Source of the DNA: Octopus bimaculoides
Taxonomy: Eukaryota
DNA length: 64,000 bases
NCBI RefSeq assembly: GCF_001194135.2
Contig: NC_068981.1
Location: 199,259,096 to 199,323,095 of the forward strand
Direction of reading: 5' to 3'
This document shows positions 26,110 through 37,941 of this stretch, piece by piece; position 1 is the stretch's first letter, and each line of letters opens with the position of its first letter. Below the pieces are notes generated by a model. The model did no database searches. It saw only the letters and a list, made by a program, of their open reading frames with translations, and had not been told where the DNA came from. Made by a program: the position numbers and the translations under genes.

Positions 26110-26819
26110 ATACACACATAAGGTCTTACAAGTTAATAATGTCTTCAATGACTTCAGGGTATCCCAATATTTACCAAACATAAACCAGACACTTTATTTG
26201 TCTTCACTTTGTTCTTCAAATTCCAATGAATTTCTTGTCCATCACTATTTTGTTTTTTGTTTTTTTCTTACAACTGGTTTCTTGTTCCCCCCCCCCACTA
26301 CTCCCCTCTTTCTTCCTGCCTTCCTTCTCCTCCCACTCTTTCATTCACCCTCCCTCTCCACTACATCTCTTTGTTCCAAGAATGCTGTCCAGTTCAAGAA
26401 AACGGAGCAAGATGACAACGTCAAGCCCTGCCTCCCACTCCCATTCCATTATGTTGTAAACAATATCAACAACAATGAAACATGTCTGCTCTCTAAATAT
26501 GAACACCTCTATTCATTGACTAAGTCTCTTGTCGTTCACACTCTCTGGACAATGTAATTTACTGCAGACAAGCAGAGCAAGCTGTGTCGGATAAAGAGGC
26601 AGCCATTATGTTGTTGCTCCACAGCTTAGAAATAATAACCGCATCCCTTAAAATCACACCTTATCATCTTGAAGCCATAAGGAAGGATACACCAGATAAA
26701 AGTCTTATATATGTATATATATATATGATGATGATGATGATTGATAGAGATAGCAAGACAACAAAAGAATGAAAGGGACCTTGATATTATGTAAATAGAG
26801 GAATTTATCTGTAAATATA

Positions 26820-27781
26820 ATCATCATCATCGTTTAACGTCCGCTTTCCATGCTAGCATGGGTTGGACGATTTGACTGAGGACTGGTGAAACCGGATGGC
26901 AACACCAGGCTCCAGTCTGATTTGGCAGAGTTTCTACAGCTGGATGCCCTTCCTAACGCCAACCACTCAGAGAGTGTAGTGGGTGCTTTTACGTGTCACC
27001 CGCACGAAAACGGCCACGCTCGAAATGGTGTCTTTTATGTGCCACCCGCACAAGCCAGTCCAGGGGCACTGGCAACGATCTCGCTCGAAAATCCTACAGG
27101 AGCCNNNNNNNNNNNNNNNNNNNNNNNNNNNNNNNNNNNNNNNNNNNNNNNNNNNNNNNNNNNNNNNNNNNNNNNNNNNNNNNNNNNNNNNNNNNNNNNN
27201 NNNNNNNNNNNNNNNNNNNNNNNNNNNNNNNNNNNNNNNNNNNNNNNNNNNNNNNNNNNNNNNNNNNNNNNNNNNNNNNNNNNNNNNNNNNNNNNNNNNN
27301 NNNNNNNNNNNNNNNNNNNNNNNNNNNNNNNNNNNNNNNNNNNNNNNNNNNNNNNNNNNNNNNNNNNNNNNNNNNNNNNNNNNNNNNNNNNNNNNNNNNN
27401 NNNNNNNNNNCACCACATGTCCATACCAGCGCAATCGTCTCTCTTGCACGCCACAACTGATGCTTCTAATGTTCAGCTTTTCTCTCAAGATACTTACACT
27501 CTGACGGGTATTCACATTGACATTACACATCCAACGGAGCATACTGGCTTCATTCCTTGCGAGCTTACGTATGTCCTCAGCAGTTACAGCCCATGTTTCA
27601 CTGCCATGTAGCATGGTTGTTCGTACGCATGCGTCATACAGTCTGCCTTTTACTCTGAGTGAGAGTCCCTTTGTCGCCAGCAGGGGTAAGAGCTCTCTAA
27701 ACTTTGCCCAGGCTATTCTTATTCTAGCAGCTACACTTTCAGCGCACCCACCCCCACTACTAACTTGGTCGCCCAGATATG
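26820..27781 (-). mobile_element. Young-looking RTE LINE 3' fragment, 5' truncated, gap inside
   Basis: Open frame YLGDQVSSGGGCAESVAARIRIAWAKFRELLPLLATKGLSLRVKGRLYDACVRTTMLHGSETW...RRLRWYGHVV; CpGs retained. Confidence 0.92.
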
Positions 27782-27964
27782 TGACAATTATTCGGTAGCC
27801 ATGGACATGTGCGTTTACGCAATTATTATGATCATTTTTACTCCCTTCCCTTTACTCCCTCCCCTTACTTAGCGGTCTATAGCTCTTTTGTCTTAATAAC
27901 GGTCAACCACACAGTAACTTCCCTTTGTTTTAACGGTCATTTTCATAGCATTTTTTCAATGGCC

Positions 27965-28041
27965 CAATAACTGAAGAGATGCCAGCGTGGGTTTCCGCTG
28001 CGACATCCGAAACTCTTTTATCTTGTGTAAGGGATTTTGTG
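27965..28041 (+). ncRNA. Near-complete type I hammerhead ribozyme (two lesions)
   Basis: CTGAAGA (27971-27977), stem II GATG.CAGCG/CGCTG.CATC, CGAAAC (28008-28013), stem III CTCTTTTA/TAAGGGA, weak stem I CAATAA/TTGTG. Confidence 0.55.
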
Positions 28042-29439
28042 ACTAATCCGCTGTCATAACACACAGAGTTTATTGCTGAGCAGAAAGATTATTGAGAATA
28101 CTGCAAAGAGACAGTGATAATATTCACTTTGATCAAATATAAAATCATACACAAACACACACACATATATATGTACATGCACACATATATATATATATAT
28201 AAATGTGTGTATACATACACGTGCATGTATATGCACCCATACTAAAATTTACTGCATGGATATGCACACATGCCTGCATGCACGCACACATACAGAGGCA
28301 TGTAAAGAATGCCAAAATGACTATTTATGCTAGTACTTTGTACTTCATATACACATGTACGTAGACTTCAAAAAACAAAAAAAAAAGGTGTTATTTATAG
28401 ATTTTTTTGATATAAAGCCAAAATAGCTGTGTATTTCAATGGAATGTAAATCAGTACAATGGTCAGAAACTAACAGAAAGAGAAGAAGAAAAAAAGACAT
28501 AAAGGCAAACAACAACAATAAATGGTAAAGAAAAGAACAAAAGAGCAAAAAGTTTGATGAAGCAGTGGCGAGCAACAAAGAAAAATGCAATTCCAATAAA
28601 TTGGTCGGCAGAGAAGAATGTTTTTTTGCTTTTGTTTTGCTTTAATGATTAGATAAAACAGTGAAGGTTTCCTGTGAAAAGACTATTGAATGTAAACTGA
28701 GTAAATAAACTAATTCTGGTTGTGTTTGGAACCATGGTAACTCAGTAAATGTTCGTTAGTGATAGTTGGAGGGCTATCAAACTGCTACATCAATAATCGC
28801 ATTCATTACTGACAAGATTCACAGGGTGCAGGAAAAAAAAAAAAACAGATTCACCACTCTTGATAAATTGTTCAACGTCAAATGCATGATGTGCACCAGT
28901 CCAAACCATGGCAAAAAAAAAAATGAAATGGTAAAGCATTAGCTATATGAAGACACTGTCACCACCTACCTAACTTCACTAAAATATAACCAAGATTCCA
29001 CCAGACTACTTAATTCTAGATCTGAAACTTTTAACAAATGCAAACATATGGCCAAATGTCTTTTTCCAAACTGGAAGACTTCACTCTCTCTGAACTGAGT
29101 AGACTTAAGCTTCTTCTCTGATATATTATTTTATTCTTCAATGGATAATTATGGTTTCTACAGACAAAGAGAATGGCTATCTTGGATTTCTTACTTTTCC
29201 TTTCTTTCTTCTCATTCTACTTTTTGCACCACTCTTCTTTGCATTTGTCTTCCATTTTCTTTCTCATGTTTCCTCATAGACCAGCACCCTGGCTTTTAAA
29301 TATGCTCAATGGTATGCACTGAACCCAAAAGATTGCTAGGGGATACATGGTATGTTGAAAGAATCTGCTGAATTACTATACATCTACAGTATGGAAATAG
29401 TAACCTTTTAAACAATCGTATGACATCTCCCTCTCTATT

Positions 29440-30300
29440 ATTGATCCTCTCATCAACTCTCTCAGCACCTCCACCTTCTTCAACCCATGGACTCCCACCC
29501 CTCACACCCTACTCCCAATTCCTCCATCTCTGACGTCTGTGTGCCTGTAACCAGGATTTGGGGACTCAGTCTCAATACCTGGCCCTCTTGTTTACACATT
29601 ATGAGTACCCTTCCACCCTTGTCCAGGCTGCCCTTACCCATGCCCACCAAGTCGATCGCATCACAACCCTCTCTCCTTCCCCACACCAGTCTCCCAACTG
29701 CATCCCTTTCCCCTCTTTTTCTACCTCTCCACCGTACCTCTTCGTTGGAAGATCTCACGGGTCTTCTGTCATCTCCAATTCGATCCCACCACCTTCCCTG
29801 TTTTTTCCAACCCACCTTTGCCCCACCCCCTTCAAATGCAACTTATGTGGCTGACTGGTCCCTAGCTCCCTCCCTTCCTAACTCCCACCCACCCTGGATC
29901 CCTCCCTTGCTCCAGACCCCAATGCTACACCTGGCTACTCATCACCAACACCACCTCCTTCACTAGATCTAACCCTAACCCTAACCCTCCACATCTGGAA
30001 CTCCACCTCCTGCACCTCATTTAGTCTGGCATATTGCAGTCAATGAACCCCTTGAAACCATCCATGTTGGTCAGATGGTCTGTTGGCTAGCTGACCAATT
30101 CACAGAACACCTACGGGATGTCTACCTGTGGGAAAATACCCCTGTCACCTGTCATTTTTATTCTGCTGACCACTCCACCCAACACCTCACTGTCTTCAGG
30201 CTGGCCTTGCACCAAGGAACCCCCAACACCAGACTTCACCTTGAACAGTGCTATATCTTCATTCTTGAAGCCCAAACATGACCCCCACCTTCCACTGACA
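29440..30300 (+). mobile_element. Neptune-like Penelope element relic: RT thumb, Cys linker, GIY-YIG endonuclease
   Basis: THYEYPSTLVQAAL (F..RGYP..L...A.), CSRPQCYT, HVGQMVCWLADQFTEHLRD..PVTCHF...RLHLEQCYIF. Confidence 0.8.
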
Positions 30301-30399
30301 CCTTCCTCACACCTCTTTAAGAATTTATTTTTGATTTATTTTTAATTTTTTTATTTTTAAGAATTTGCTTTCTTTTTTCATTTATATTCTTATCCATCT

Positions 30400-31190
30400 C
30401 ACCTCACCCACACATACATACCTTGCACACCCCCACGTAATATATACACACATTCAAGTTTACATATCCTGATATGTACAAATAGAACCCTCCACAAACA
30501 CACACCAATACATACACACACACAAGTGCACATGCATACATACATATACACACATACACATGCATGCACATGCATACATATATACACACACACACTCACC
30601 TTCACACACCCATACCCATACACACACATCCTCACACACACTCATAAGCATACACGCAAACACATATACACAAGCAGCAATACCAATGCACTCACACATC
30701 TGTCCCCTTGCATCTCATTCCTCCACACACGTGCACACATACACACACACACGTGATCACCCTCACAAATACTCATACACACACACACACACATTCATAC
30801 GTACATTTATATACACACACACACACTCATACATGCACATACACGCCTGCCTGCACACACAGAAAGACGTACACACACACAGCAACACCAACACACACAC
30901 TTGTCACCTCAGCTCTCACACCCACACACATGCATACACACATCCACAAACAGCCTCACACACACTAATATGCACATATGTACACACACACACGCACACA
31001 CACTCTGACACTCTCATATGCACACATACAAACACATACACACATAGGCAACACACACACACACACACACACACTTTGCATCTTGTTGTTTGTCTCTCAC
31101 CTCTCACCACCGAATCGAACCCTGGCCTCACACCCTTATGCATACATCACTCACATAAACACAAGCACACATGCACACACACTGACCATC
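30400..31190. repeat. Long degenerate (CA)-rich low-complexity tract
   Basis: About 800 bp of interrupted CA/TA repeats. Confidence 0.9.
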
Positions 31191-31468
31191 TTCTCATTCT
31201 CTCTGCCCACCAAAACACTTTCTCCATCTCTTTCCACTTCTGGTCACTTTCCACTTCTGGTCACTTTCCACTTCAGCCATGTAACCACACACGTGCTCTT
31301 CATGAAATTTTTTCCTTCTCTGGACTTTTCCATTTCCTTACTGATGAAGAGCTATGCTCGAAACATTAAAACCTCTTCTTCTTTTTAACTATATATATAT
31401 AGTTAAATCAAGTCTTAAAACTTGAACAAACAATATATATATATATACATATGTCACTAAAGTGAACA

Positions 31469-31898
31469 GGCGTAGGAGTGGCTGTGTGGTAAGTAGCTTG
31501 CTTACCAACCACATGGTTCCGGGTTCAGTCCCACTGCGTGACACCTTGGGCAAGTGTCTTCTACAATAGCCTCGGGCCGACCAAAGCCTTGTGAGTGGAT
31601 CTGGCAGACGGAAAGAAGCCTGTAGTATATATGTATACATATATATATGTGTGTGTGTGTATATGTTTGTGTGTCTGTGATTCCCCCCACCTCACCCCAG
31701 CATCGCTTGACAACCGATGCTGGTGTGTTTACGTCCCCGTAACTTAGCAGTTCGGCAAAAGAGACTGATAGAATAAGTACTAGGCTTCCAAAGAATAAGT
31801 CCTGGGGTCGATTTGCTTGACTAAAGGTGGTGCTCCAGCATGGCCACAGTCAAATGACTGAAACAAGTAAAAGAGTAAAAGAGTAAAAGAGTAAAGAG
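31469..31898 (+). mobile_element. Full-length family A/B tRNA-derived SINE with (AAAGAGT)n tail
   Basis: ggcgtaggagtggctgtgtggtaag...gggttcagtccc...ccttgggcaagtg; internal (TG/TA)n; tandem tail. Confidence 0.9.
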
Positions 31899-32255
31899 CA
31901 CTGAACAGCACCAGTATTGCTAGAAATAAGAGTCAAACAACTCAATAGCTACAGAACTATCTTAAAGAGTTTACAAGGAAGACAAGCGAATTAGCCAGTC
32001 ATATTATTTATAATTTTCCCTTTTACCATTTATGAAATCAGCTGACGAGGCAAGATGGGTTTAACCCTAGGTGAGGTGAGAGCCTCTGATGAGTATTAAG
32101 ATGCATTAAGCATCAAAATGCGCAATCATCAATGATCTGGCTATATCTGTAAATGCAGAGAGCTTGTCTCTCTTGTCAGTTCATTAAGATAGTGCTTCTG
32201 TAGCTATTGAGATGTTTTGACTCTTATTTCTAGCAATACTGGTGCTGTTTAGTGC
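31898..32255. repeat. Inverted repeat pair (about 70-bp arms, about 218-bp spacer), MITE-like
   Basis: gcactgaacagcaccagtattgctagaaataagagtcaaa...ctatcttaa (31898-31965) versus its reverse complement at 32184-32255. Confidence 0.85.
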
Positions 32256-32320
32256 CCTTTGACATATATTTCTGCCTTTAGGTTATAAAATTGCGAATTA
32301 GCCACCAATATCATTTATAA

Positions 32321-32365
<45 letters not shown>

Positions 32366-32374
32366 TGTGTGTGT

Positions 32375-32408
<34 letters not shown>

Positions 32409-32844
32409 GGAGTGCTGAGTCTGAGACTTTTTGTTGCCACCTGTACAACTGTTCTTTTTGCTTCAATTTAATTCCCAGGAAACAGTTCTTGTTGCCATTT
32501 TTTAACACCTCCATCAACATATATTCGAGATGAAGAAAAGCCAGTTGACATTCTCTTCATTCTACGAAAGTGAGAAATATTCAGATCTTTACAGTTTGTT
32601 GGGACTGAAAATAAAATCTGTAAATGTCACTTACTGGTTTCTTTCTACGTATTACAAAGGTGTTTCACATTTTTCAAAGTACGTATACATACAAACATAC
32701 ATATATACATAACATACATACATACATGCATATATATATAATGTATATATATATGTGCACACATATATACATATATATACTTATATACATATACATACAT
32801 AATTATGTGTGTATATAAATATGTGTGCGTGTATGTATATGTAT

Positions 32845-33250
32845 AAATGATGTGGCTGTATGGTAAGAAGCTTGCTTCCCAACCACATGGTTCCAGGTTC
32901 AGTCCCACTATGTGGCACCTTGAGCAAGTGTCTTCTACTATAGCCTTAGGTCAACCAAAGCCATGTGAATGGATTTGGTAGACGGAAATTGAAAGAAGCC
33001 TGTCATATAAATATATATATATATCATCATTATCATCAGCGTCATCATTGTTTAACATCTGCTTTCCATGCTGGCATGGGTTGGACGGTTTGACTGAAGA
33101 CTGGTGAGCCAGAGGCTCGATCTGGTCTGGCAAAGTTTCTACAGCTGGACGCCCTTCCTAATGCCAACCACTCCGAGAGTGTAGTGGGTGCTTTTTACAT
33201 GTCACTAGCATGAGGGCCAGTCAGGTGGTTCTGACAATGACCATGCTCAC
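32845..33250. mobile_element. Family A SINE head (+) abutting an RTE tail (-)
   Basis: gtggctgtatggtaagaagc... then catcattgtttaacatctgctttccatgctggc. Confidence 0.8.
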
Positions 33251-33253
33251 GCT

Positions 33254-33255
<2 letters not shown>

Positions 33256-33325
<70 letters not shown>
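33256..33325. repeat. (TA)n microsatellite
   Basis: Directly visible. Confidence 0.95.
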
Positions 33326-33329
<4 letters not shown>

Positions 33330-33779
33330 GTAATAAAGTTAATGTCTGGTCATTGAGTGACCAATGGTTTCACATCCATGAAGGCTGTAGCTTTGCAGAT
33401 GACCCATCAGACTCTAGTCCAAAGACAAATTTAACTCTTCACCTCTCGGAGGAGGAAAGTTGTTATGGTCAATGGTGAAAAGGTCATCTGAGAATAAATG
33501 GTCTGGTGTAGTGAGGGCGGGTTAACTCTCCTAGACCAGCTATTTGGAGACGGGGAATAAGGGCTCTATCCCTTGGCTTGCTAATGGATCATAAGGACTC
33601 TTCTAGGCTTAGTCAGTTAATGGGGAATTACATGTTTGCAGCAGGTAGCACTTGAAATGGATGCATGCTGTGAAGATTTCAATGGCAAGTGTTTTGTGAC
33701 CCAGGTCTCAAGGAGTCTTCAAGTATCCTAGCTTGCTCAGCTATGCAGAGCTTACAGTGTTTGCTCCCTTTGATGTAGG

Positions 33780-34860
33780 GGCCCCGGCTGTTCTAAAATC
33801 ATCCACTTGATATTGCATGTCAAGTTTTATTCATCAATATCAAAAGGATTGCTGATGAAGGCACTTTCCTTCGCTAAGGACTTCACAGATATTAGCAATA
33901 GGGATATAGACGTTATCATGCAGGCCAGGAAGACGGTGCTGTTCAATAAAGATTTGTTGTAGGTCAAGCAATCTGACCCTGAGGGTTCTTATGATGTGAC
34001 TATGGGAGCCTGTGACAGTGCCGACGTAGGTGATCTAATTGGACTATACATCTTGGACACTTTAGGGAAGGAATTCCCTTTGGTCCTCTTCAGTCTCTAC
34101 AGAGATGATGCTCTAGCTGTCTGTAGAGGAGTCAATGGGAATACACTCAATAGGCTTAGAAAGGAACTGACTGGCGCCCTAGGCTCTATGGGAATATCGA
34201 GATGAATCTCACCACTGTAGACTTCCTAGATGCCACTCTAGACTTGGCCTCTGTTACACACAGGCCTTATTGCAAGCCAAACGAGAAGCTGTCCTATATC
34301 AACACAGCTTCCTGCCACCCCCTTCTCATGTTCAAGTACCTAGTGAAGGGTGTCAGCAAAAGGATCTTGAATCTATCCTCTTGTTAAGATATTTTAGGTG
34401 TCACCAACCTCTACTCCAATGAGGCACTGGCGTCCGGTGGGTTTAAGGACTATATCTCCTACATGCCAGGCCCTAGCACCCAGAAAGGGAAGCACCACCA
34501 AAGCGTCGCTTGGTTTTCCTCACTCTGCTCACTCAATGTCAAGACTTGTGTGTTGGAAGGATCTTCCTCAGGTTAATAGACAAACACTTCATGCGGACAC
34601 ACAGGTACATTTATTCAACAGGTACAACCTAAGGGCCCCCATTAGTTGTCGCCTAACATGAAAAATTTATTAACTAACAACTATAAAACACGGAAAGAGT
34701 CACTTTGCTTTTGCATGGTGTACAATGAGTGTCCAGTGGGAGGTCAATGTGAGGCCGAGGGGGTCATCTATGAAGTTGAGGTGAAACCCAGGCCTAGCAA
34801 CCACAGTAATAGCAGCAACAGATCAGCCAACATCGATGGCATCAGAGTTGGAGGAAGAGG
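33780..34860 (+). mobile_element. YRDD-type Penelope-like element relic (RT palm, thumb, start of endonuclease)
   Basis: FYSSISKGLLMKALSFA..IMQARKTVLFN, YDVTMGACDSADVGDLIGLYIL, SLYRDDAL (34098-34109), VDFLDATL..YCKPNEKLSYIN..CHP, ECPVGGQCEAEGVIYEVEV. Confidence 0.88.
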
Positions 34861-35321
34861 ATAAGGATGAAGGATGAATGTCAATGGAAAAGTTTCAGGG
34901 AGAAAGGGTGAGGGGCGTCACGATAGTAATATAAGTGTAGGATAGGTATAAGGATGAGAGATAAAGAGACAGTGAGAGGGGGGAGGGTTGCATGAGTGTG
35001 AGGAGAAAGCGAGAGGAGGGGATGGAGAGAGGAAGAGAGAGAGGGAGAGAGTTTTATAGAGATGACTATAGCCAGAGGAAAACAAAAGCGGAAGTGGTGG
35101 GGAGAGAGGAAGGGAGGGCAGCAGATATGGGACAGTGTTAAGAGTGGTTCATAGGTTTCAATAGGATATAACACACACACACACACACACATGTACACAC
35201 ACATGAATGCACATAGGTAGATTGCTAGAATAAAAAGCAGTTCATAATTTAATTTTGCTCAGCAACTATTTTATTTAATTACTGTGGATATATATTTTTT
35301 GATGTCTATACATCAGTTCAC

Positions 35322-35361
<40 letters not shown>

Positions 35362-35639
35362 ATACGCACACAAACACACACACACACACATGTGTATATC
35401 CTGAATTATTGTCTGAAGTGCCCAGATATGCTTTAGAGTGGTGGTTTCTGCAGGAAAATATGTCAGAAGAACCATTGTCAGTGTTGCTCTCTGTTGTTGG
35501 TTCATTCACAACTTGTTGTGAACCAAAGTTGTTAGCAACATGTTGTGTTAGCAACTAGAAATGTTTTTTGTTTGGTTTACCAAGCCAATGCTGTTGGCCG
35601 ATGTTCAAGACTTCTACAAGTATAACTGACTGTCAATAA

Positions 35640-35990
35640 AACTTGTTCATCTTTGTGAAAGCATTTGAGTTAAGATACCCAAGAAGATCCATGTCTGTAT
35701 ATGGTTCTGGGACTGGAGACCAATTGTGAGCTTTTGGGGTTCTTTTCTATAATGAAAGTCAATGCCAGGCTATAAACAGCAATGTCATTCTGTAAGGTTC
35801 TAACCTCTTCAGAAGTATATAGAATATCTTGAAACCATGATGGAGTCAGTTCCTTTAGGAATTATTGAGTCTGCTAAAGTTCCTATGACAATTATTAACA
35901 AAGGTTTCTTGTCTATATCGGACCTAAAATCACGTATGTTGATCTCTAAGATTTCTACATCCTTGTCATGCGGTCAGTGAGTGTATAGAT
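35640..35990 (-). mobile_element. Degenerate REL-endonuclease (R4/Dong-like) LINE 3' end
   Basis: Minus frame KDLEINIRDF...LIIVIGTL resembles KY.DL.IE..R.W...PI.IGALG. Confidence 0.5.
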
Positions 35991-37907
35991 GTGTTTCAGT
36001 TTGGGAGTGTTTTTAGTTAAATCTATCACAAGCTCTCATTTGTCCCCAAGCAAGAGAATATTTCCCCATGGCCAGGCATCTCTTGCAGAATATTAGAAAA
36101 GAAAACTACACTTAGGTGATTGTTGCTGTCGTACACTAGCAGTGTACTTATCTTCTTTGCAAACTGGTGAGGGTTATTGACAGAAAGAGCACCCAGCCAT
36201 AGAAAACCTGAGTTTATTGAAACTCTGTCTAACCCAAGAAGACATGGAGGATTGGAAATTAAAATAATGATGATTTGCATTACAGATGGCAAATGAAGAT
36301 GGCTGCTAATAAGAGTAAAAACCTAAATGAACTTCTTTGCTTTTTATCAGCAGAAAAACAGAATTTTCATATTGTTGTTCCTGGTTTATGTTTGGTGACA
36401 AGTCTTTGTCTTGCATCTTTCTTCACTTTGGTGAACTTCTTCAATGACCAAAACAGCACATGATGTGTCTATATCTTTCTCTTCTTGTTTTGGTTTTTGT
36501 ACATTTGAAATGGTGACTGTTGCTGCTGCAGCTGCTGTTGCTGCATTCCCAATTCTAAGACGTTCTCAGTGTTAATGAGCTTTGGTACAATTTCTAGAGA
36601 AAAGAAACACACCCTTTGTAACTCTTTGTGCGTTTGCATTGAAGGTCAGGCTCTGGGATCTTGTATTTGGAAGAATATTTGAGGTGAAGAATGTTGTCTG
36701 ATTGTGCTGAATACACAAGTAACTTTTATGTCTGCAGTGTTTGTGTGTGTACGTGATGGTGGTGGTGGTGGAGAATGGTGGTAGAAAAGGCTGATGGCCC
36801 ATTGATGTTGTCATTGCTTACAAATTTATAAATAGACACATTCTTTTCTGAAGAGTAAAAGCTGTTTTTGTGCTTGAGCAGGCAGTCTTGGAACATGATG
36901 AGAGAGTTTTGGATCAATGTAGTAGTAGTAGTAGTGGTGGTTGTGGTGGTGGTGGTGGTGGTATTAGTATTATTGACTGCCTACTTTCTGCTAGATATTA
37001 TCAATCTGTTGGTGCAGTTCCAGGCCTGCTGATGTGGGTCCTCTTAAGAAACAGAATCAACAACATTACCGAAGGAAAAATACCCCAGGAGGGGAGGGTG
37101 TTTTCTCTTTACTAAATATAATAAATATAGAACCTCACAATTGTTATCTAATGAAGTGATAGATAGAGATTATCCTTATTATTAATGGAGGAAAACTCTT
37201 TCCTCGGCAATCTTTAAAATCTAAAAGACAACAAGCAAGGAAGTTAACTGCAATAATGCCAACCAGTCTACATGTTTAGAAAATAAGGACAAAGCAGAAG
37301 GAATTAGATATTGTTATTAGGATTGAAGGGTGAACGTGATATGTTTTACTCTTGTCAGACTGGTGGAATTTGGTGAAACTAAAGTGGCAGCTAATGAGAA
37401 GCTGTACGCATTGACCAATGGAAGTTTCTAGGTTTTTCTATGGATTTATGTGAGAGATGAAATAACAGAGATTTCTTTGATTTTTTTCTTTTTATCATCT
37501 TTCTGTTTCGCATTTCTTTTATAAAAGAGAGTGGAACAAGTTGTGCAGTGACTTTGTATTCTATGTTGAATATTTCAAAGTCTTGTCAAGAATCAGCCCC
37601 AAACATTCATTAAAGCAGATATTTCCCTTTCTGCCCAGTTTGATACAAGTTTCAGGGCCATAATTAACCATGCGGGGCAGATAAAAAGAACAACAATATG
37701 GGAGTGTTCAATTAGTCAGTTAATTAATTTTACTTCATTTTTCCTTTTATTTTGTGTTTTACTTTGATGATTGACGGTTTTTATGGTTTTATTAATCATA
37801 ATACTTGGTCACAAGCAGTGACAAAGATCAAAGATGGTCGATTAAGAGATAGAGAATAATTAATAATATATAAACAGAGAGATATGATCATAAGTAGGTG
37901 ATAATGA

Positions 37908-37941
<34 letters not shown>

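Noticed and set aside
30399-31388. His/Thr-rich ORFs up to 269 aa
   Set aside because: Translation of degenerate (CA)n; same for other HT/CV/IY/SL-repeat ORFs
33930-34400. Selenocysteine recoding in the YRDD Penelope-like copy
   Set aside because: The in-frame stops I read include TAG and TAA plus frameshifts; no SECIS identified; cannot be supported from this copy
36645-36690. VRLWDL WD40-like micro-exon
   Set aside because: Six-residue match is expected by chance; no supporting neighbouring WD repeats
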